DNA of 64,000 bases from positions 31,255 through 95,254 of the forward strand of contig JADDKJ010000007.1 of the NCBI GenBank assembly GCA_033717875.1. Reading direction: 5' to 3'. Below the pieces are notes generated by a model that saw nothing but the letters and a program-made list of their open reading frames with translations, was not told the DNA's origin and did not search any database. Positions 56,230-64,000 of this stretch are shown piece after piece. The stretch is from Gammaproteobacteria bacterium (GTDB lineage Bacteria > Pseudomonadota > Gammaproteobacteria > Ga0077554 > Ga007554). Each line of letters begins with the position of its first letter. Position 1 is the first letter of the stretch. Made by a program: the position numbers and the translations under genes.

Positions 56230-57383
56230 GGATTTTTCTCCAACAAGATATTTTGTAGCACCACCGTCAACGCCCGGTCGAGCGCCGCCAGGAACACCGC
56301 GTTTTCCTCCGGCGTGCCCACCGTCACCCGCAGGCAATCATTGAGCAAGGGACTGGCGCCGTGCATGCTCTTGATCAGCACGCCGTTGGCCTTGATCGCC
56401 GCGAAGATCGCCTGGGTCTGCCCGGCGGGCACGCGGAACAGGATGAAATTGGCTTGGCTGGGATAGACGGTAATGCCCGGCAGGGCGCGCATCCGCGCCA
56501 GGAGCTGTTCGCGGTCGACGCGGAGCTGGACCGCCTGGGCCTCCAGTACGTCGTAATGACGCAGCGCGAATTCGGCGCTGGCCTGTGTCAGTACGTTGAT
56601 GTTGTAGGGCAGACGAATCTTGTCCAGCTCATTCAGCCACGCCGGACTGCCCGCCAGTATGCCCAGGCGCAGTCCCGCCAGGCCCATCTTGGACAGTGTG
56701 CGCAGCACCAGCAGATTGTCGTACTCGCCGAGCCGGTCCATCAGGCTGCGGCCGGCAAAGGCGGAATAGGCCTCGTCCACCACCACCAATCCCGGGCAGG
56801 CCTCGATCAGTTCGCATACCGCATGCTCATCGAACAGATTGCCGGTGGGGTTGTTGGGATAGGAGAGGAACACGACCGCCGGTTGGTGTCTGGCGATCGC
56901 CTCGCGCATCGCCGCCATGTTCAGGCTGAAATCACCCGCATTGAGCGGCACACCGACGAAGTTCAGGCCGGTGAAAGCGGCGATCATGCGGTACATGGAA
57001 AAAGACGGTTCCGGCGATAACGCCACCCGTCCCGGTCCGTTCACCGCCATGTCGATCATCTGGATCAGCTCGTCCGAGCCGTTGCCGAGCAGGATATCCA
57101 TACCCGCAGGCACCCCCAGCCGTTCGCGCAGCGCGGCCTTGAGGCGCGGCGCGTGCGGATCGGGATAGCGGTTGAGGCTGACATGGCGCAGCGTTTCCAG
57201 CCAGTCATCGACCAGCGACGGCGGCCAGGTGTAGGGATTCTCCATGGCGTCGAGCTTGATGAGATCGCCCACCTCCGGTACGTGATAGGCGGACAGCGCG
57301 CGAATCTCCGGACGGATCCACTCGGTCACGCGATCACGCTGCGTATCAGCGGTTTTGGAGGGTGATGCTTGGTTGCGGGTCAT
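56226..57383 (-). CDS. hisC: histidinol-phosphate aminotransferase
   Basis: Class II aminotransferase. [13 protein letters not shown] carries the PLP Lys. Confidence 0.92.
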   Translation of the reverse strand: MTRNQASPSKTADTQRDRVTEWIRPEIRALSAYHVPEVGDLIKLDAMENPYTWPPSLVDDWLETLRHVSLNRYPDPHAPRLKAALRERLGVPAGMDILLGNGSDELIQMIDMAVNGPGRVALSPEPSFSMYRMIAAFTGLNFVGVPLNAGDFSLNMAAMREAIARHQPAVVFLSYPNNPTGNLFDEHAVCELIEACPGLVVVDEAYSAFAGRSLMDRLGEYDNLLVLRTLSKMGLAGLRLGILAGSPAWLNELDKIRLPYNINVLTQASAEFALRHYDVLEAQAVQLRVDREQLLARMRALPGITVYPSQANFILFRVPAGQTQAIFAAIKANGVLIKSMHGASPLLNDCLRVTVGTPEENAVFLAALDRALTVVLQNILLEKNP

Positions 57384-57404
57384 GGCTTGCGGGTCAACAG
57401 GTTG

Positions 57405-58706
57405 CTAGGTTTTTATCCGATATTCCGCCGAGCGCGCATGGGCCGTCAAGCCCTCGCCTCGCGCCAGCAGCGAGGCGGTCTTGCCCAGCGTCGAGGCGCC
57501 GTCCGCCGAACACATGATCAGACTGGAGCGCTTCTGGAAATCATACACCCCGAGCGGCGAGGAAAAGCGCGCGGTGCGCGAGGTGGGCAGCACATGGTTT
57601 GGCCCGGCGCAGTAATCGCCCACCGCTTCGGCGGTGTAACGTCCCATGAAGATCGCGCCCGCGTTGCGGATGCGCGCGGCCATCGCCTGCGGTTCCGCCA
57701 CCGAGAGCTCCAGGTGTTCGGGTGAAATGAAGTTGGCCACGGCGACGGCTTCGTCGAGATCGCGCACCTTGATCATCGCGCCGCGCCAGCCGAGCGATTT
57801 CTCGATGAGCGCGGCGCGTTCCATGGTCGGCAGCAGGCGGTCGATGCTCGCCTGCACCTGATCCAGATAAGCAGCATCGGGGCACACCAGGATGGACTGC
57901 GCATCCTCATCATGCTCGGCCTGCGAGAACAGGTCCATGGCGATCCAGTCGGGATCGGTCTGGTCATCGCACACCACCAGGATCTCCGACGGCCCGGCGA
58001 TCATGTCGATGCCCACCGTGCCGTACACCATGCCCTTGGCGGTGGCGACATAGATGTTGCCCGGGCCGACGATCTTGTCCACCTGCGGCACGGTTTGCGT
58101 GCCATAGGCCAGCGCCGCGACCGCTTGCGCCCCGCCGATGGCAAATATCCGGTCGACGCCGGCGATCGCTGCCGCCGCCAACACCAGTTCGTTGAGCTGG
58201 CCGTCCGGGGTGGGCACCACCATGATCAGCTCGGGAACACCGGCGACCTTGGCCGGGATGGCGTTCATCAGCACCGAGGAGGGATAGGCCGCCTTGCCGC
58301 CCGGCACGTACAGCCCGGCACGATCCAGCGGGGTGACCTGCTGGCCGAGCAGCGTGCCGTCCGCTTCGGTATAGCTCCAGGATTCCTGTTTCTGATGCGC
58401 GTGATAGGTGCGCAGGCGTGCGGCTGAAAACTCCAGGGCTTCGCGCTGCGCGGCGGGAATCCGGGCGAGGGCCTGATGCAGGCGCGCCTGGGGGATTTCC
58501 AGTTCCGCCATGTGTGACACGCTCATGCGGTCGAAGCGGTTGGTATACTCGATCACCGCCGCATCGCCGCGGCTATGCACGTCGGCGAGGATGGTGCGCA
58601 CGGTGTTGGCCACCGTCGCGTCAGAGACGCTCTCCCACGCCAGATGTTTTTCCAGGCGCGCCCAGAAGTCGGCATCGGTTGAATTTATGCGCGTGACATT
58701 GACCAT
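57405..58706 (-). CDS. hisD: histidinol dehydrogenase
   Basis: 433 aa. Motifs [16 protein letters not shown] and [13 protein letters not shown]. Confidence 0.95.
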   Translation of the reverse strand: MVNVTRINSTDADFWARLEKHLAWESVSDATVANTVRTILADVHSRGDAAVIEYTNRFDRMSVSHMAELEIPQARLHQALARIPAAQREALEFSAARLRTYHAHQKQESWSYTEADGTLLGQQVTPLDRAGLYVPGGKAAYPSSVLMNAIPAKVAGVPELIMVVPTPDGQLNELVLAAAAIAGVDRIFAIGGAQAVAALAYGTQTVPQVDKIVGPGNIYVATAKGMVYGTVGIDMIAGPSEILVVCDDQTDPDWIAMDLFSQAEHDEDAQSILVCPDAAYLDQVQASIDRLLPTMERAALIEKSLGWRGAMIKVRDLDEAVAVANFISPEHLELSVAEPQAMAARIRNAGAIFMGRYTAEAVGDYCAGPNHVLPTSRTARFSSPLGVYDFQKRSSLIMCSADGASTLGKTASLLARGEGLTAHARSAEYRIKT

Positions 58707-58709
58707 CGC

Positions 58710-59360
58710 TCAGCCCCTTGTGTGATCCTTCGCCGCCACCGCCTCGGCAACCCGCTCGATCAGGGCCTTGACCGGGGCATGCTTCATCTTCATCGACGCC
58801 TTGTTGACGATCAGCCGCGAGCTGATGTCGGCGATGTGTTCCAGCGGCGCCAGACCGTTCGCTTTCAGGGTATTGCCGGTGTCGACCAGGTCGACGATCA
58901 GATCGGCCAAGCCCACCAGCGGCGCCAGCTCCATCGAGCCATACAGCTTGATGATCTCCACCTGCTTGCCCTGCGCCGCGAAGTAACGCCGCGTGGTCGC
59001 CACATACTTGGTGGCGATGCGCATGCGCGCCTCGCCGTTCTTCGCCGCCGCGGGTCCCGCCAGCATCAATTTGCAGCGCGCGATTTTCAGGTCGAGCGGT
59101 TCGTACAAACCCTCGCCGCCATGTTCCATCAGCACATCCTTGCCCGCCACGCCGACATCGGCGGCGCCGTATTCCACATAGGTCGGCACATCGGAGGCGC
59201 GGATGATCACCAGCTTGATCTCGGGGTGATTGGTATCGAGGATGAGCTTGCGGCTGGTGTCGGGATCGTCGACAGGCACAATGCCGGCATGCGCCAGCAA
59301 AGGCAGGGTTTCCTTGAAGATGCGGCCCTTGGAGAGGGCGATGGTAAGTGTTTCTGTCAT
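58710..59360 (-). CDS. hisG: ATP phosphoribosyltransferase, short form
   Basis: [22 protein letters not shown].... 216 aa, with no C-terminal regulatory domain. Confidence 0.92.
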   Translation of the reverse strand: MTETLTIALSKGRIFKETLPLLAHAGIVPVDDPDTSRKLILDTNHPEIKLVIIRASDVPTYVEYGAADVGVAGKDVLMEHGGEGLYEPLDLKIARCKLMLAGPAAAKNGEARMRIATKYVATTRRYFAAQGKQVEIIKLYGSMELAPLVGLADLIVDLVDTGNTLKANGLAPLEHIADISSRLIVNKASMKMKHAPVKALIERVAEAVAAKDHTRG

Positions 59361-59483
59361 TTGTTGATAAGATACAAGAGAAAAGAGGAAAGAGGAAAGG
59401 TGCCTGTAATTCAAGGTTTACGGAAACGGCATCCCACTTCGTATTTCTTTTCTCTGTCTTCTTTTCTCTTTCCTTTGTTTCTC

Positions 59484-60809
<1,326 letters not shown>

Positions 60810-61052
60810 CTAGGCGTGTTTTTTCTCCCACTGCCGCGGGGTATAGGTTTTCATCGACAGGGCATGAATGGCCGAGTGCATGAGGTCGCCCAAGGTGGCG
60901 TAAACCATCTTGTGCTGAGCGAGCATGCCTTTGCCCTCGAAGGCATCCGAGATAATGATCGCCTCGAAGTGAACACCGTCGTCGCCCTTCACCTGGGCTA
61001 CGCTGCCGGGCAGACCTGCCTCGATCAGCTTTTTGATGTCTTCGGCTTTCAT
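60810..61052 (-). CDS. ibaG: BolA-family protein
   Basis: 80 aa. HFEAIIISDAFEGKGMLAQHKMVY. Lies between mlaB and murA, as in E. coli. Confidence 0.85.
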   Translation of the reverse strand: MKAEDIKKLIEAGLPGSVAQVKGDDGVHFEAIIISDAFEGKGMLAQHKMVYATLGDLMHSAIHALSMKTYTPRQWEKKHA

Positions 61053-61258
61053 CCGAAATTCCTGTCTCGATTGTGAAAAAGCTTATTTTAGCAGAACCGG
61101 CACAAACCTATTAACCTGGCAATCAAATTCATTTGCTTTTCTCCCGCGCGGTGCGTGAGACGCACCCTACGAGACTACGAGACACTGGGAGCGGCGATCT
61201 AGAATCACCGGGTTAATAAAAACGGTGACCGGGATCTCGTCGTTTTCAGAATACCGGA

Positions 61259-61558
61259 TCACGACAGCGGCAGGATCTGCTCCAAGCCGCTGGCTCTGGC
61301 GATGGACATCATCTGCGGCGGGATGTTTTTGAAAACGATCGCCCTGTTCTTGCCGCGCGCGATGCGCAGCCATTCGATCAGCAGCGCCAGCCCCGCGCTG
61401 TCGGTATGGGTGATCCCGTGCAGGTCGAGCATCACGCTGTCGCCGTTGTCGAACAAGGCCGTGCTCTGGCGCCACAAGGCCGGCACGGTCTCGAAGGTCA
61501 TTGCGCCGGTCAGCAAAAAGCCCCCCGTCTCCTGCGGCGTGATCTCGACACGGTTCAT
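61259..61558 (-). CDS. mlaB: STAS-domain protein
   Basis: 99 aa, STAS-like. Overlaps the mlaC stop. Confidence 0.75.
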   Translation of the reverse strand: MNRVEITPQETGGFLLTGAMTFETVPALWRQSTALFDNGDSVMLDLHGITHTDSAGLALLIEWLRIARGKNRAIVFKNIPPQMMSIARASGLEQILPLS

Positions 61559-62181
61559 TTGTCGCTGGCGGACGTGGCGGTGGAGCGCCGATTACTTTCC
61601 GCCAGTTTGCTGATCAGTTTATCCAGACCGTTCTGGCGAAGCTCGTTGGCGAAGGTGCTGCGGTAGTTGGTCACCAGGCTGACGTTGTCGATGGCGACAT
61701 CGTAGACCAGCCATTCGTTGTTCTTGAGGAACAGGCTGTAATCGATGGGAATCGCCGCAGTGCCCGGCTGTTCCACTTCGGTGCGCACCGTCACCTCGGT
61801 GGCATTGGCGTCGCCGCGAAAGGGCAGATAGTTGATCTTGCGATCGGTATACTCGGTGAGCGAGGTGGCATAGGTGCGCACCAGCAGGTTGCGGAACTCC
61901 TCGGTGAAGCGTTTCTTTTGGTCGGGTGTCGCCGTGCGCCAGTGCTTGCCCAGCACCCATGACGACATACGCTCGAAATCGAAGTGCGGCAGCACGATTT
62001 CGCTGACCAGCTCGTAGACACGGCCCGGGTCCTTGCGGATCACGGCGCGCTCTTCCTTGAGTTTCGTCAGCATGCGCTCGGCCGCCTGCTTGATCAGATC
62101 CTGCGGCGGCTGCACGGCGGCGCTTGCGCCGGCGAAACCCGTCATCCATACCAGCCATAGCGCGATAAAAAACTTTTTCAT
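61555..62181 (-). CDS. mlaC: phospholipid-binding periplasmic protein
   Basis: Signal peptide. Ttg2D/MlaC-like region FDFERMSSWVLGKHWRTATPDQKKRFTEEF. Confidence 0.85.
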   Translation of the reverse strand: MKKFFIALWLVWMTGFAGASAAVQPPQDLIKQAAERMLTKLKEERAVIRKDPGRVYELVSEIVLPHFDFERMSSWVLGKHWRTATPDQKKRFTEEFRNLLVRTYATSLTEYTDRKINYLPFRGDANATEVTVRTEVEQPGTAAIPIDYSLFLKNNEWLVYDVAIDNVSLVTNYRSTFANELRQNGLDKLISKLAESNRRSTATSASDK

Positions 62182-63551
62182 TCTTCGGTTCCCGTCACAC
62201 TGTGCAACTGCGCCACGCGCATATTATAGTCGTAAATCGCCCTGATGTAGTCGGTATGAATCAGCACATAACCCTGGAATGCGTTGATGACACGTTCGGC
62301 TATTTCCATTCCGGCTTCGAAATCCGCGTAACGGGCGATCATCCAGCGCCGCGCATTGCGGCTGCCCTCGCCAAGCTGCTGTACCTTGGTGTGATCGGCC
62401 TGTACTTGATGGTATTGCTCGGCGACCTGGAATGGAATGCCTTGGCGCGCCAGGTCGGACTTGGCCAGCAGGGCGTTCAGCTCGGCGCTTTCCTGGGCCA
62501 GCTTGGCGTCTTGCACGCGCGGTTGCCAGTCCCATTTGAGGCCGATCATCGGCGTCAATCCGATGGTGTTGAACGGATCGTAGATATAGGGGTTTTTGAG
62601 ATTGTCGCGATTGGGCGAGTAGGACAGGATGCCCGCCACGCCGGCGTAAAGGTTCGGCAACCGCTCGGCGCGGCGCGCCTCCACCAGTGAACGCCGGGCG
62701 CGCAGCCCCGCCTCCACCTGCGCCATTTCAGGGCGCTTGGCGAGCGCTTGTTCCTGCAGCGCCGGCAAGGCGCCCTCCGGCAGCGGCACGGGACTCAGAC
62801 CGCTGCCGGCCAAGGTCATCCGCTCTTCCGCAGGGATGCCGGTCAGCACTTTTAATCCCTCGATCGCCACTTTCTCCATACCCTCGGCCTGGGTGATATA
62901 TCCGCCCACCAGGGAGCGGGCCGCCCGCAGCGCGTACAGGTCGGCTTGCCGGATGTCCCCCTCCCCCTCGCCATTCTCCAGCCACTCCTCGGCGATGCCG
63001 ATGGTTTTGGTGATGCCTTTACGGACATCCTCCAGGAACAACCGCGCGTCGTGCGCCGCGAGATGGCCGTAATAAGCGCGCTTGACATCCAGGATCGTTG
63101 CGGCGCGCTGCGTGCGCACATCGCCTTCCTTGACCTCGATGTTGGCGCGCGCGGCGCTGGCGTAATGCTCGATCTTGCCGAAGGTAGACAGCGGCTTGAG
63201 GATGCTCATTTGCAGATTCACCCAGGGCGACAGCCCATTATTGCCGAGATCGTATCTATCGGTGCGCAGCGCGCAATTGCCGGGTGCACAGGCGCCACCT
63301 CTGAAGATATTGCCGTTGACGCCGGGCGAAACCGCCAGAAAGGTGTTGGCGTCGAATTTCCAGCCCTCGTTGCCGTTGACTTCCGCGAGAAGTCCCTGCG
63401 CCACGTCCACCAGGCGCTGGCGCTCGGCGATGCGCGGGTCGGTCTTGAGCGCGCGCTCCACCGCCTGATCGAGCGTCAGTGTCAATGGTTCAGCCATCGC
63501 GGCCGCGCATAGGGTCATCCCTGCCATTCCCGCCCATGCCATCCGCATCAT
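62178..63551 (-). CDS. TolC-like outer membrane factor family protein
   Basis: Signal peptide, then LTLDQAVERALKTDPRIAE. Two-fold helical repeat organisation. 457 aa. Confidence 0.65.
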   Translation of the reverse strand: MMRMAWAGMAGMTLCAAAMAEPLTLTLDQAVERALKTDPRIAERQRLVDVAQGLLAEVNGNEGWKFDANTFLAVSPGVNGNIFRGGACAPGNCALRTDRYDLGNNGLSPWVNLQMSILKPLSTFGKIEHYASAARANIEVKEGDVRTQRAATILDVKRAYYGHLAAHDARLFLEDVRKGITKTIGIAEEWLENGEGEGDIRQADLYALRAARSLVGGYITQAEGMEKVAIEGLKVLTGIPAEERMTLAGSGLSPVPLPEGALPALQEQALAKRPEMAQVEAGLRARRSLVEARRAERLPNLYAGVAGILSYSPNRDNLKNPYIYDPFNTIGLTPMIGLKWDWQPRVQDAKLAQESAELNALLAKSDLARQGIPFQVAEQYHQVQADHTKVQQLGEGSRNARRWMIARYADFEAGMEIAERVINAFQGYVLIHTDYIRAIYDYNMRVAQLHSVTGTEE

Positions 63552-64000
63552 GGTGCCGTCCCTTCGCTCGATTGTCCCCCGCCGGTCTTGTCTTCTCCCG
63601 CCGCCTTGCTGAACAGGAACTGGCCGATCATCTTTTCCAGGATGATCGCCGACTGGGTCAGCTTGATCTGGCCATCCTGCTTGAGAAAATTTTCGTCCCC
63701 GCCCGGTTCGAGCGACACATACTGCTCGCCCAGCAGCCCCGCCGTGAGGATGCTGGCGGAGGTGTCGAGCGGCAGACGGTTTTGCGCGGTGTCGATGCGC
63801 ATCGACACCACGGCCTCGTAGGTCTTGTCGTCGAAGACGATGGATTTGACGCGTCCGATGCGCACACCGGCCACGGTTACCGCAGCGCGTTCTTTCAGCC
63901 CGCCGATGTTCTCGAAATGGGCAATCACATCGTAGCCGTCACGGTTGGTGAATGCGGCCAGATTGCTGACCTTCATGGCGAGCATCACCAGCGCCGCGAT
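63548..64000 (-). CDS. mlaD: MlaD (MCE domain), 5-prime end outside the window
   Basis: DGYDVIAHFENIGGLKERAAVTVAGVRIGRVKSIVFD. The reading frame runs open to position 64000. Confidence 0.85.
   Translation of the reverse strand: MAALVMLAMKVSNLAAFTNRDGYDVIAHFENIGGLKERAAVTVAGVRIGRVKSIVFDDKTYEAVVSMRIDTAQNRLPLDTSASILTAGLLGEQYVSLEPGGDENFLKQDGQIKLTQSAIILEKMIGQFLFSKAAGEDKTGGGQSSEGTAP

Noticed and set aside
59361-59483. Classical his attenuator (leader peptide with a run of His codons) upstream of hisG
   Set aside because: No short ORF with consecutive CAC/CAT codons is present on the coding strand.

Overview
GC-rich proteobacterial chromosome segment. The gene order looks beta- or gammaproteobacterial, but I cannot assign a taxon without a database search. 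Most of the window is conserved housekeeping: mutY-yggX, prfA-hemA, citrate synthase, ald, recJ, a heterodimeric-E1 2-oxoacid dehydrogenase operon, bioBFHCD, an OprP-like porin with PstS, tRNA-Phe, and mlaD-(tolC-like)-mlaC-mlaB-ibaG-murA-hisGDCBHAF. No rRNA, CRISPR array, transposase or integrase is visible. The best candidate for an undescribed system is a four-gene island at about 6.5-12.2 kb. It encodes two signal-less peptidases, an S8 subtilase and a papain-like Cys/His protein. Both carry Lys/Glu/Asp-rich spacers and a shared C-terminal tail module, which is intact on one and decayed behind the other. They are followed by a catalytically degenerate ATP-grasp paralog that abuts a full MdnC/MvdD-like (graspetide-type) ATP-grasp ligase. 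Other accessory content: an A/T-rich ParA-like plus AlbA_2/Schlafen-like operon between ald and recJ; stacked HEPN-MNT and VapBC modules; an orphan VapB; an E2-E3 fusion ORF; tandem FGE-like genes, one with a diheme N-terminus; a PA2778/PA2779-like pair; a TolC-like gene inside the mla operon. There are also several families of small repeats, including a 141-bp MITE-like element with compensatory changes in its terminal inverted repeat. All functional calls rest on motifs read from the supplied translations. No searches were run.
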